A stretch of DNA of 63,892 bases, counting the filler, from Choristocarpus tenellus KU-1152 (lineage: Eukaryota; Protista; Phaeophyceae): NCBI GenBank assembly GCA_964200185.2. It is 12 parts of 12 records of this genome, joined end to end, with 100 filler letters (N's around TTAATTAATTAA, not from the genome) between each part and the next. Parts side by side here need not be neighbours in the genome. Positions count along the whole stretch, not along the records: positions 25,534 to 32,061 come from CAXNAD020007931.1; positions 32,162 to 36,567 come from CAXNAD020014701.1; positions 36,668 to 41,322 come from CAXNAD020013608.1; 9 more parts are not named here. The stretch is one strand, 5' to 3'. Position 1 is the first letter of the stretch; the number at the start of each line of letters is the position of its first letter. Both the position numbers and the translations under genes were made by a program. A model generated the notes under the pieces. The model worked only from the letters and a program-made list of their open reading frames with translations. It did not search any database and was not told the origin of the DNA. Below, one piece after another: positions 26,763 through 39,360 of this stretch.

Positions 26763-27015
26763 GAGCCAAAGTAAACGAGAGGTACCAAGTTTTTGGCCAT
26801 TTTGCATTATGAGTCAGTTTTCCAATCTTTTGTAGTTCGATATTCTTGGATGAAATTCCAAGTTTGACCTGAGAGAGTCTTTTCTCTCTTGTTCAAAACA
26901 TATCGACATAATTCGTAAATATCCTACACAAATTTGTAAAAAAAAAGCCAAATTTTACACATATTTGTTGGCATACTTAGAATGTAACCCTGAGTACCTC
27001 TAGCTTACTTTGACC
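26763..27015 (+). mobile_element. MITE family C; also at 42099-42358, 27874-28499 and partially at about 2680-2800
   Basis: TIR is GAGYCAAAGTAAAC.AGAGGTAC...GTACCTCT..CTTACTTTGAC(T)C with ATT on both flanks. Confidence 0.85.
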
Positions 27016-27980
27016 ATTTTTTCTGAGTGATTCCAGGTCTGTGGTTGAAAAAGGTAGCTCAAACAAGGCAGTATACACTGCTTAAGGAAAGGCAACAGGA
27101 ATCATTAAAAAATATATTGGAAGAAAAGAAGTTTGTTGTGCCCTCAGTCACATACATACTCATGCAACTTCTATCGGTTAGTGGTCATGGTGCTCAAACA
27201 CTCAACTGCAATAATAATCCCAAACTTCTCAAGGTCTTTTTTGGAGGTATGTCCACCAGTTCTTCTCCTGCCCACATTGCTTCTGTTTTCAGCTACAAGC
27301 TTCCCAAACATTAACACCATGGATGGGAAGTCATTCATCTCCCACGCATGCAACCGACCTAGCAAATAGGACTCTTCGTTTGTGTACTGTTATGTTTACA
27401 TACATACCCAGTCTTCACAAGAGCAACTTTGTGCGACAGGAGATGATCAGTGCATTCCCGTTACGGAAACCTACACGAGGGAAGAGGACTTTGCGGTAAT
27501 CACTACACTAACGATAAGTCAAATCATGGTACTTCTTGCTCTATGTGTGAAGGGGGGGGTACTATCAAAATACGAATATCTCTACATATATGTATATATA
27601 TCAGAGGTATATATATCCACAACGTATAAATGTAATCGTCTACTACATGTACGTAGTTTTGATTTATTACCCACTGGAATCGTGGATAAGATATTGTCAT
27701 GTGAGAGAATGAAGAAAAATAGAGCAATCAACAAATAATGTAACAGGAATGATGGACTCTGAATAAGAAACCACGTATAAAATACAACAAATATCACAAA
27801 GTTGCGACATCACACACACGAAGAGAGTTGTTGTAGTGTAGTGCGTGAAAACAAGAAAACAAGAAAGGTTACTGAGTCGAAGAAAGGGAGAGGCATAGAG
27901 ATTGCATTCTAAGGATGTCAGCAAATATGTGCAAGAAGATCTGACTTTTTTTTGCAAGTGTATGTATAGGACACCCATAT

Positions 27981-28008
27981 GCCGGGGGTTGGAATCCCTC
28001 TCTTGCTA
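27981..28008 (+). pseudogene. 3' fragment (T-arm and acceptor strand) of a tRNA, probably trnL
   Basis: GGGGG-TTGGAAT-CCCTC-TCTTGCT-A. No anticodon is present; identity is inferred from recalled brown-algal mitochondrial gene order. Confidence 0.45.
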
Positions 28009-28018
28009 TTTTTTTTCT

Positions 28019-28093
28019 GGTAGTTATAACTCAGTTGGTTAGAGTATCAGGTTGTGGCTCTGAAAGTCGGGAGTTCAAATCTCCTTTTCTACC
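28019..28093 (+). tRNA. trnH: tRNA-His(GTG), mitochondrial type, probable NUMT
   Basis: Cloverleaf with G-1, anticodon loop TT-GTG-GC and T-loop TTCAAAT; two T-T mismatches in the acceptor stem. Confidence 0.85.
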
Positions 28094-28109
28094 CTTAATT
28101 TAATATAAT

Positions 28110-28180
28110 GACTTGGTAGCATAATGGTAATGTTTTGGTTTGCAAATCCAATAATAGAGGTTCAAGTCCCCTCCTAGTCT
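28110..28180 (+). tRNA. trnC: tRNA-Cys(GCA), mitochondrial type, probable NUMT
   Basis: GACTTGG...TTGGT-TT-GCA-AA-TCCAA...TTCAAGT...CCTAGTC; a few stem mismatches. Confidence 0.85.
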
Positions 28181-28186
28181 TTTTAT

Positions 28187-28259
28187 TCCTTAATAGCTCA
28201 TTAGGTAGAGCATATGGCTGTTAACCATAGGGTGGTAGGTTCAAGTCCTATTTAAGGAG
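28187..28259 (+). tRNA. trnN: tRNA-Asn(GTT), mitochondrial type, probable NUMT
   Basis: Fully paired cloverleaf: TCCTTAA/TTAAGGA and TATGG-CT-GTT-AA-CCATA. Confidence 0.92.
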
Positions 28260-28275
28260 TTTATCTATTTAATTA

Positions 28276-28333
28276 GTCCAGGTAGCTCAGAGGTAGAGCG
28301 AAAGACTGAAAATCTTTAGGTCAGTGGTTCAAA
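28276..28333 (+). pseudogene. trnF: tRNA-Phe(GAA) truncated in the T-loop
   Basis: GTCCAGG...AAAGA-CT-GAA-AA-TCTTT...GGTTCAAA, after which MITE sequence resumes; the 3' T-stem and acceptor strand are missing. Confidence 0.88.
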
Positions 28334-30096
28334 CTTTCCGAATCATCTCCAAAGAAAGGTTTCAAACAAGAGAGAAATAAACCACTTCAGGTCAAACTTG
28401 GAACTCCATCTACAGAAAAATGGGCGAACTACAAAGATTGTAAAACTGACTTATAATGCAAAACGGTCAAAAACTGGGCACCTCACGTTACTTTGACTAT
28501 CTTGTTAATAGGATTACTATTCTAACAACTTAGACTACTCACCAAATATTGACAACATCATGAAGGTGGTCGAGAAGGCGGCCAAGAAGAAAGAGAGAAA
28601 TTCCAACAATCACTCAAAGCCCATACTAACCCATTGACCCAGTATCTCCAGCTTAAAACTCATGATGACACGTCTGTGTGGAAATTGTTTTTTGAGCAGT
28701 TAGTTACTGACCCTTCTGCCACAGGCTCCCGTTTACTGTTTCTTTCCTACTAAGACATTTTGCCTACCTTCCTCCCACAAAATGAGTTGCCGGTCATCCA
28801 TAAATTCTCCCTGCATGCTCAGGTGCCCTAAAATTCTACCCTGAGGGTCGAAGGGATTAGTTTTGGTGGTAGTGGTTATAGTTTCAACCTGTATTTTTAT
28901 CACCACAACAACAATAGTAGTATTATTAAAAGTAATATATACACTACTACTCGTCCTCCTCCTACTGTATATATAAATGTAGTGGTGACTGATATATATA
29001 TAATATAGCTTACTTTACTTCATGTTTGTAGTAGTTGTGACCCTCAAAGTCCATGACTGAAGTTCTTCGGACTAACCTTCTGTCACCTTTCACCAACCTA
29101 AGTGTCCTGAAGTAATAGTCTATATTGTGGGCCATCTCCTAGAATTCGATTGATTGGGAGAGGAAACGCGGTGGTGTTGTTGCTTTCTTCCTTTACGATG
29201 GTGGTGGCTGCACACCCGCTGGATACCCGTCTCCAGACACTCCTTGATGCAGTCAACGCCCCCCCCTCATCAGGAAGTCTTGACCTGTTGCTCGAGGCTC
29301 TCAGGCCGCTTCGGATTATCCTCCCTCCTAAAGAACCAGGTTGTTGCATTTCTTCTGCTGTTGTGCATCCTATACCTCCTAGGCTTCGTTTGCGCAACGG
29401 TTGTCTCAAGATTCTGGTTCAATTGCACCCTCCCCACTTAAACGCACCCGTGTCCTGTGTTTATTGTCTACAACAATCAATGGTCCATAATTGTGCAGTT
29501 ACCAACGCTGTTGCAAAGGGCAAAGGAGTTGACAAGGATTCTAGGTTGAAGGCGCAGGCTGTGCCATTGGTTGCGGAAGGTGGGGCCCAGGAAGTGGAAG
29601 TGGCCTTTCGCACCAGAATGCACGATTTGGTTACAAAAATGAACAAAGAGGAGGTGAGAATGGTCCATGTCATCTTAGATTTTGTCGTAGCTTTGTGTTG
29701 GCGTCAATGCGCTTCACCATCGGAGGAGAAGCAAGCTCCAAGTCGGTATATTTTCTCCTCCTGTCAACAATATGCTCCAATGCAGGATAGTTGTGACTTT
29801 TGGCACCGAGAAAATAAAGAAATAGGGAAAGTAACTCTGCTGCCTCGTGTTGTATCGTAAATGAAGCCCATGACAATAAATAAATCTTCGCGAATGTATT
29901 AATTCCTTTGAGTATACTCTTGTAACCTCTGCTTCGTTTCCCTGCTGCCTCCTGCACTTTGCAAGTTTTAGCTAGGTGCACCTTGGAGAGGTTAGAAATA
30001 TCAGGATAACATGCACTACTGTTCCGCAGTAGGTTCACCTTCTATTTAAAATCTAGGCTTTGAAGATCTCCACCTAGCACTTTTGTTGGCCTCACT

Positions 30097-30130
<34 letters not shown>

Positions 30131-33026
30131 TCCCTTAAGCTTGCTGGATCCCTGTATCCTCAAACTTTCACATCCCTTGAATTCCAAGCAGAAAATAGCC
30201 TGGGTTTTGTCTTATGTTCACCCTCCTCCTTCCTTCCCCTTACCTCATTTACAATATGTGGCAGCTCTCTCTAGAAATATCTGGCGTGCCAAACCTGCTG
30301 ACTTTAGCGCTTAGGCTCGCAACACATGAAGGCAAGATAGTGGCCGACCAGAGAGGGCAGTTCTTGTGCAAACTGCCTTTGCTTCTACTGGAGGATTACC
30401 TAGACTCGCAGGTATGGTGGGGATGATGTCCCTGTATTGTGTGGTAACCAAATTATGTTTGTATCAATAGACCAGAGATGACTCTTCCTGCTGGGAGGTG
30501 TGTTGTGTTGTGATGTGATGTGATGTGATGTAATGGTGTATACAGCTTGAGAAGTAAGGAATCGTGCTTTCTGCAACTATTGGCTAGCGCAGTGGCGAGG
30601 GTGCCTCAGAGAAAGTTAGCACTGGTTAGGATGGAGGAGATGAGCAGTGGGTGTTGCTATGCTCGCATGTGAGAGGGTTGGTTCTTACTTGGAAGTATTG
30701 AACACAATGCACATCAGCTGAATGGTTGCAATGCCCTGCATGTCAGTGATCCCAGTTGATGTGCAAGAGCCCTTTTTTTGGGGTTGCTTTTGACGTCAAC
30801 CTCTCGGTTACTGGTGACCTCAAGCTACCCAGAAGAAGGAACATTCACCTTCCCACCCGTCCGTCGTGAGTTTGACCGTTTGTGCCCTACCTGCACCTCT
30901 TCCGGCAGGCGTTCAGACTGCCTTCTTTTTTTTCTTTTTTCCTTCCTTGTTGTCGCAATAGCTCTTGCAACGATCTCGTGCATATTCTCTTGTTTTTTGT
31001 TTTCTTGTATTATTTGTATCTGTTAGGCAGCGAATTTCTATTCTTGTCAAAGTAACAACAAGCGGGGTCGGATTGGATGCAGAGAGCTCTTTTCGTATTG
31101 TGTGGGTTAATGACCAATAAAATCAACATCCTAGAGGGAAGCCTAGTGGGGAATCGCTGCCCGAACCCTGCAGGCTTACCTCTTTTTTTTTCTTTTTTTT
31201 TCTGTGTGTATACGTGACATGCCCAGTCAGCACGGGTGTAAACTACATGTCTACATATATTGCACTGATGGAGCGAGCACACAGTCACTTAGATATTTTT
31301 AGGTAGCAGCCGTGATCCTTTTTTTTCCGCTGTTCTTTTGCTTCCTCTTTTTCCAATTAAAAAAAAAATGAAAAATGTGTGTAGGGAACTGAAAGCTGCA
31401 AAGAGATGTGGGGCACCTGGGTGGAGGGCAACTCAGCAGAACTCACAGCGGAGCCTATCCTTTCTAGGGGCAAGTATGTGCTGCTCCGTGTCTGCAACGG
31501 TTTGGTGTCACGGCTGAGCAAGACACACGATGCTTCCTTCTGTGGTCAGGTGAAAAGTAAAAGCACTCAATCAGTGTCTTTTCATTTTTGGAGTTTGCAA
31601 GTTCTTAGGGATGGCGGCAGTCGTTGGGGTGGTTTTGTTCACAGGTGCGATTGTAGGTTTAGGGGTGGGTGCTGGGGATGGAAATAAGAAGTTAGGGCAA
31701 GAGTGTTGATGAAGGAGATTTTTTTTTGCTTTTTTTGTCAAGGCAGCCAATGGAATTCTTCTTCCTGGAATATATATATATATATGGGCATGTTTGTATT
31801 GCAGTACACCACTGTTTCTTATTTTGTTGTCCTTGCTAGGGATATTACTACGTGCTGGTGATAGTGTTGGATGACCAGGAAGCACGGAGGTGGTGAGACA
31901 TGACTTAGCCATCCTTTCTACAGTAGAAGAAGAACATGGGTGTTTTTGATCCCACAAGTTGCTTCTCTTTTTTTCCCTTCCAGTCCCCACCCCCCCCCCC
32001 CCCCCCCCCCCCCCACCCCCCCCCCCCCACCCCCCCACATTCCTTCTCTCCTCCTTTTTTTNNNNNNNNNNNNNNNNNNNNNNNNNNNNNNNNNNNNNNN
32101 NNNNNTTAATTAATTAANNNNNNNNNNNNNNNNNNNNNNNNNNNNNNNNNNNNNNNNNNNNCCCCCCGCTCCCCCAAAATTCACCAGGTGTGGATAGGTA
32201 GCCGGCTGTGGCCTCTGCCGTGGCGTTACTGACATGGAGGTGACCCGCACAATCTCTTCAAAAATCTTGTAACAAAAAAAAACAAACGATTTTTTCCTAA
32301 TTTAAATTTTGACCTCAAAGGGAAAGGCGATGATGACACCGAGTTAATATTACTTTTATTCATCCTAGTACAATTCTCGTACTGGAACTGGAGGGGGGGC
32401 GGGGGGGGGGGGGAAGCACTCCATGTTTATATTTGAGAGGAGACAAGGTAAAGAAAAATGACCAGACTATGAAATAAAATACCCTATAGCCCTAACCCTA
32501 AGAGATATAGAACGGTGACTGTTTTCAGTACCTGCATTTAAAATGTCATTCCAAACCTAATCATGGATACATACCACTTCCTGGGAGATAATCTTACCCC
32601 CCCTCCTAAGCACACACACACACACACACACAAGCACATACAAAAGAGTACATAAAATGAACACACAAAATAAAAAAGTGTACTGTACTTTTGGTGGTCT
32701 GACGATACAGTAGCAATAGTGCAGACACTGCACAGGACACACACATACAAACGGTAAAAAAGAAAAGAGGTACATCCAACTAATGGGTCACATCCCATCA
32801 CACCAAAAATAAAAATCAAACAGCAAAAAGTGCATAGCCCCCCCACCCCCTTCCCCCCCAACTTCCATGACTAGATAGGAGGAAAGGTGCAATTAATACC
32901 AAGGCCTGACAGCAATATCCACAATTGTATCAACCAATCTTCACTCACTCACTCACTCACTCGCCCACAAATTAACTTACGAAGTCAATCTCGTCTCATC
33001 CCTCTTACCCTTACCCTTACCCTTAC

Positions 33027-36000
33027 CCTTGTTAAAATCTAGTTGTACATCGAACTTCCCCAAGAAGTCCATTCCAAGGATGCCCACTACCTCCCCCACC
33101 CCCCCCCCACCCCTGACCTCGCTGACTGGCAGCTCCATGACAATAAGGTCTAGATTGCCACAGCTTCGACCTGCTCAACATAAAAAAATATATTGTTGGA
33201 CCGGGAGGGACAGGGGTACATGTATGTACGCTTGCGATAAAGATCTGGGAAAAATCCGAGAGGTTTCCAATAAAAAGTGTAGCATTAGTGTTAAAAAAAA
33301 GCGGATGAATTGTAACCAGATCTTGGCAAAACACCTGACTGGTTAATTAAAGGAAAAACGTTTGTGTCTATACTTACAGTAAGCATATATTAAAAAGCAA
33401 TTTCTAGGGCCTCTATTGCAATCAGATGCATATGCACACTGCACTATTCAAAATAATTAATATAATCATTATTATTACTACTACTATTACTTCCACAAAC
33501 AGAATAATTGGCACAGAAAATTTAATGCTATACACACACTAACACAGAAAATAACGCCTTGAAAAAAAGAAAGTACAAGAACTTCAGAAATACTGATAAA
33601 ATAACTAAATATTGATTAAAAAAAAATAATCAAGTTAGTTACAAACAGACGAATTATATACACAGCACAATAAAACAAACAAGCCACAAGAAAAAGTTGA
33701 TTAGAAAAAGGTCAATGAGATCAACGGATAGAGGATGCACCGGATCAGATGATTCACTCTCTCAGCATAGCCGGCAAGGCAGTAGAATCGCCCCCTCCCA
33801 AAAAGAGGTACAGGAAATTGTTCTTGAGTTGCAATGTCAACAAGTAGGCACACTGACAAACATAGCAGTTCGCTGGCACCATCCTACTTAAAACTTGAAA
33901 CATAAGACGCAAGGGGAACATTGAATGACCCTTGACATTGCCACACAACACAACGGACCCACGGAGCTGGGATATTCCTGGAGATGTGGAGGCGATATGC
34001 GCAGTGGCATGAGATGGACAGATAGAAAAAAAAACAATGATCTAGCTCTTGCCCTAACCCTGGCACCACAAAGCCAACAACAACACCACCGCATACCACC
34101 CACAAAAGATAAAAGATGGTATATTGTATATATGGTATATTGTACTAGTATATGCACTTTGTTGCTTCAGGCATGAACAGCTTTCCCCAAGCACAGCTTT
34201 CTGTGTGCCTGTGAAGAACCATCTCTAGCGCTCCCGGTGGGGGTAGTGCATATACTTCTTACATCTCTAGCATATACTTCTTGCACCCCTTTCAGCTTCT
34301 TCAGGTGTAACGTGCACATCTTTCCATGGCGTCTTGTCCTGAACCGGCTATATTTGATTCGTGTTAGTGCACTGGCTCCCTGTTCCCCCACCCCAGAGGT
34401 ACTTAAGTAGGTATTTATCTTTTGGTATTAAGATACTAACAGGAACATCAATAGTCTAGTGACCCGGGACAATTCAATCGACTTCAATTCAACTTACTGA
34501 GACCAACTGATAACCCAACCGAAAAGATTCGGTTATTAACATTTTCTCTTTTTCACAACAATACAATTGTAAGCACGATGGATGAATGCCTCGCAGGTCA
34601 TTGGAACCATTGGAACCGCACAACATAGTCCAGGGCATTGGGTCACAGGCTGCCACTGTCACCACCCACAACTCACTACACCGTCTGCACCCTTCAGAGG
34701 GGCTCCATTCAAGCGAGGAAGTTTCTTTTGTTTCCCTGTGTTCTGACAGTCACAGTCACAGTTACAGTTACAGCTACTTCAACTCAACAATTGAGAATTT
34801 TCCACCCGTTCTAATTTCAACTCTAAACAGCACCCTTTCAAGCATTCATTGATATAAATTCTAAATGATGGATTCTCGCCCTAACCCTAACCATTCCAGC
34901 GAAATCAATATCAAAATGGTACATGCCCTAACCCTAAAGGGCTTCACAGAACCATTCGACCTGTATATCCCACACACAGCTTCATTGGACAAGCCCCACA
35001 TATAAACCAAAGGGCAGAAACAACAATAAAATAAAAACAAAAATAATACCAAGAAAAGGGAAAAACGTCACCATTGGAATGATCCAGGTGTCTCCTGTGA
35101 TAACAATGAACATCATTCCGAAGGGAGAGAGAGAGAGAAACACCCCCTCATCCAGACGTATGCATGCATAGAGATATATGTTACCAGTATGCTATGAGTA
35201 AGTAGTGGCATACCAAATACGCTAGGCCCCTCTCTGAGTAGGGCTTTTCAAGGGGCAACACAATACACTCAAGACAGTCACTGCTTCTGCTTCTTGTAAC
35301 TCAGCTCCTGTATATAATCTAACCCAAAAGGCGGCTCTTAGAAGTGAGAAAATCATACCGATGTTAATATGTTAATACTGATGTCAATACTGATGTCAAT
35401 ACCGATGTTAATACTGTTGTCAATACCGATGTCAATACTGATGTTAATACTCCATACGATACCTCACCTGCCATTTTTGCTTCCCCAACAGACACCTGGT
35501 AAAGTCCCTCAACACCAGAGGTTCCAGCAGCTGCTGTAGCAGTGACACCAGTTCTTCTTGCCCCTGCACAACAGTGGCAAACACATAAAAACGTCCAGAG
35601 CAGAGCAGAGCAGAGTGCCATTGGTGACAATTTCAAGAGAATGGATAGGAGAAGTTATGACTTTGGTATACACCCGGAAAGTAACCAGATCTTTAAAGAG
35701 GTAGATGTTACCATATCCTTGTTCTAACAGCAAGAGGTAATCCACAATCACGTATAAATAGTGGTACTACTACTATGACATCATGATGTCATATGCAAAA
35801 AAAGTGCCAAAAGAAAAGATGATACTGCTATAGATCAAGCTTAGGATCTCCAAAAAAGTGTTGCATACCACTCCATGTATAGTGCAGTAGCACTCTCAAA
35901 TTAATGCTAGAACATGCTTCCTTCCTTGATACATAGGCAGAAATACCCAACAACAATCAGAGCACAAGGGGCTACCTACTTTCTGTCTCATTTCCAGGCA

Positions 36001-36477
36001 ATCTTTCTGTCTGCCTCTGTCTGTCTGTCTGTCTCTATCTTGACTATTCTCGTTCCACCATCACCTATCGACTTTACGGTAACTCAAAAAGGCTAACAAA
36101 AAGTGCAACCCTAACCCTAACCCTAACCCTAACCCTAACCTTTCCTGATATCTTTGAATGTACTACGTAAGGTGCTCTGGAATACTACTGCATACACAAG
36201 CGCATATTTTGTGTTCTGCCTACACACCACACATAAATTCATGTACACACCTCCCCCCCTCTCTCTCTTATCCCAACGACAACTAACATATTTGGACTCC
36301 TTGGCATGAGACCCACCTAGCCTCTGGGCAGCCGAGGGCGTGAGCAGAGAGTTGGTTGCGGCTGTGTCCATCATGAACAGCTCTGTGGTGGCACCGGCAG
36401 GGGCGTTGGGAAGGTTCAGCTCAATGCAGAAGTAGTCCTTCTGGTCCACCTTTATCCCTGCGCCAAGTACTCCATGA
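33027..36477 (-). CDS. Retropepsin-like (Asp_protease_2 type) aspartic protease, partial; exons 36477-36317, 35563-35468, 33170-33027
   Basis: Phase-consistent exons give LFMMDTAATNSLLT...VVGILGMDFLGKFDVQLDFNK, the two hallmark motifs of clan AA single-domain proteases. Confidence 0.8.
35355..35452. repeat. 12-bp minisatellite (ATACYGATGTYA)n in an intron
   Basis: About 8 tandem units are visible. Confidence 0.9.
36108..36140. repeat. Interstitial telomere-like (CCCTAA)n; shorter runs at about 52442-52530 and 55488-55507; (CCCTTA)n at about 33001-33030
   Basis: Direct hexamer repeats. Confidence 0.85.
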
Positions 36478-38689
36478 CTGCATAGATGGTTGAAGGGGAT
36501 GGATAGGGTAGAGTGGATGTGTATATGGGGAGGTAGAGCTGGGTGTGTGTATGTAGAGGGAGGGGGGNNNNNNNNNNNNNNNNNNNNNNNNNNNNNNNNN
36601 NNNNNNNNNNNTTAATTAATTAANNNNNNNNNNNNNNNNNNNNNNNNNNNNNNNNNNNNNNNNNNNNGGGGGGGGGGGGAGGGGATCTACAACAGGGTGT
36701 CCATTTGGGTCATACACAGGAAAAGTGCACTTACATTGTCCATCCGACGTATGCAACCAAATCATCCAAAAATCGTGACATTGAAAAATTGACCGCAATT
36801 GGACAGCCAACACCCCTCCCCCAGATCTTTGAACCTGGATAACCCCCACTATTAAAGTCCACAAAACCTTGAAAATGCCTCTCCCTCGGGTACGCCTGTG
36901 ATGATGAGGTTGAAGATATGGGGTAAGATTTTTCTATGGACAATTTAACTTGGAAGAACCCCCACTTCCTTTCTTGTTCAAGTGTGGGAAAGCGAAGCAA
37001 AAAATATCAACCTTGTCAGACCCCCCTCATAGGAAGCACCAGTTAGTGTACATGAACAAAGGAACGTGCTAAACCAATCGAGAGGTAGGTAGGGTTGCAC
37101 TTTACGGATCATGATAAAGGGCAAAATCCATTTTGTACGATTGTAGGAAGAACCTTTGCTTAATTTGTTGTCACTTTGTTTGTGGAAAGGGGAAATACCA
37201 ATTTTGCGTACAATAATGTGCACATGAAGTAATGAAATAGAGTGTATTGTACAGGGTAAGAAGGATGACTTAGAATGAGAAAGGTTACAAACCTGCTTAC
37301 CTCTCGATCGAATTGACTCAAACCTCATTGCGTTGTCAACAACCCTTGGAGTGTTTTCGTCTCTAAAAGATTCCTATGTTGAAGACACTCTCCACCTTCA
37401 AGTCTAGTGCTGCTAGTAGAGTGCAATATTCCCACACTCTTACAATATTTCCAACTAATGTGAGTAGGATATACCTCCTTGGGTCATTGTGAAATGCCCT
37501 TTTTTGCCACACTGAAAGAGGGTAAGGGATATTTAATAAATATATCGTAATATGATTATGTTATTATCATTATCATTATCATTATCAATATCATTATCAT
37601 TATCATTATCATAACTCATATTGTTTCTACTATTAATATTTTTTGGTACTATTATTCATTTTGTTAAGGGGCCTGGTTCTTCTGTGTGATGAGGGACAAT
37701 GAGAACCACCAGAGATGAGGTTCAGAAAGGAAGTGAAAGATGAGATTGAGGCATGCTGAGTGTATGTTGACAGCCTCAGAGTGCCAAGTGGATCAATCTT
37801 CAATGTAATTGGTGGTGACCAGTCAGAACAGATAACACAATCTAGGGCTTGCCTGGTTCGAATCCTCCGTTCATGTCGGGGTTACCGCGTGCCACCTGTG
37901 AGTCTGATCCACACCACATCACTTGGACTTATTAGTCGTGATGAGGGGCTCCACACTGATTTTGCTTGCCTCCATCAATGGCAAAAAGTGACGCGCGCAA
38001 ATGTATATGACCGCGCGCATTATCCTTATCAATATCAGGGGATTTTAATAAGGCGACCTCTCCCTGATATTGTTACTAGTATTTACCCTAAAAACCCTAA
38101 CCCTACCCCTATTTTATATTATTTTAATTTTTTGTAGTACTATTCTTTTTGTTGATATTTTATTATTCTGCCTTCAACGTTTTTGTAGATGTGTAAGGGG
38201 AAAAACCTTACCAACATTGTCTTCAACAAATCTAAAACTGTCCCAACTCATGATCAGAACCACTTAACACTACAATGTTGGCAGTCGCCGCCAGGATCAA
38301 CTTTGTCGTGCCATACCTTTTGATTGACACATTCTTTCATGAAAATTGGTTTATTGTAATCGCATCAGCATGCTTAACCTCATTGGATGGGTCTCGGTTG
38401 GCCAACTTGCAGTAATCGCGAGAAAAGCAGGACCATACTTAAATCAAGTAGTCCGCGCGCACGTTTCGCACAGGGGATGTCACGCGGCCCGCGCGAACCG
38501 CGCATTTAAAGATGATTTTGATGCCTGAAGAGGTCATCTTCACCCGGACAACATGGGCGTTGTTGTCTCTCCATTCTCTTTCCATTACTTCCCATATATG
38601 TGATGTTGGAACCTGCTGGCTATAGCTCACTCATGGTGGGCCAGGCCTCTGAAACAGACAATCCATGCCAAGTCAAAGGAGGTATTCTG

Positions 38690-39060
38690 AAGGTGCAGCC
38701 TCCTGTGAGACTTAAATTTCTTGCACACCTTGTCCAATTTGATGCACTCTATGCCTTTCTCATTGGAATATATCAGGTGGCAAGCAATGCTCAACCTGAA
38801 GAACCTCTCCACAATTACTCTGGTCAACCCCCCTTCCTCCTTGAGACTGACAGGAATGTTGACTCTCATTCCAGGCAAAGTGAGTCAAAGTGCCCTCGTA
38901 CATAGTGCTTTGCCCGCCTCCATACCATCTCTATCGGGTTCAATTCACAGTAGTACTTTGGAAGCATCAAGCAGTGTCCTCCACGACGCTCAACCAGAAT
39001 CGTGTCCTGTGGGTGGCTTAAACAGTAATAAGCCGAGGTTAGCCCACGTACCGTTTTGGC
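38690..39060 (-). pseudogene. IS630/Tc1-like DDE transposase C-terminal remnant
   Basis: LMLPKYYCELNPIEMVWRRAKHYVR, then frameshifted ERFFR...KKFKSHRR. Confidence 0.8.
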
Positions 39061-39063
39061 AGT

Positions 39064-39360
39064 GACCAATCTTGATTTGTTTGAAAGGGTTGCCCGACGA
39101 GTTAATCGACTAACAGTATATTATATGAAATATCTGAATCTAGGCTATCGTCTGTTCGGAAAAATATCTTTGGTTATGATCAATCATTCCGGAATATTTC
39201 CAAGGTTGTCCCGAAAACATTCGGTTAAGCGTTAACCTTACCAAAAAATTCCGAAACAAGTCCTTTGCACAAGTGATAGGCTAGATCCACAGTTTTCATT
39301 TGATACGCTCATTGTTGTTTAACTCGTTGGTCAACCCTTCAAACAAAATCAAGATTGGTC
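39064..39360. mobile_element. MITE with ~42-bp TIRs, single copy in this window
   Basis: GACCAATCTTGATTTGTTTGAAAGGGTTGCCCGACGAGTTAA pairs with TTAACTCGTTGGTCAACCCTTCAAACAAAATCAAGATTGGTC. Confidence 0.8.

Larger units (their letters stand above)
27874..28499 (-). mobile_element. MITE family C copy carrying a ~355-bp organellar tRNA insert
   Basis: 27874-27972 and 28335-28499 align in register with the reverse complement of 26763-27015. Confidence 0.8.

Noticed and set aside
28019-28333. A functional nuclear tRNA operon or prophage/att site
   Set aside because: Organelle-like composition, both terminal tRNAs truncated, embedded in a MITE, and no integrase nearby.
30250-31530. Possible minus-strand exons of a low-complexity protein (e.g. 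IQIIQENKKQENMHEIVARAIA)
   Set aside because: Splice-like boundaries exist, but there is no recognisable homology or consistent model.
36108-36140. Chromosome end
   Set aside because: Only about 5 CCCTAA units, inside an intron.
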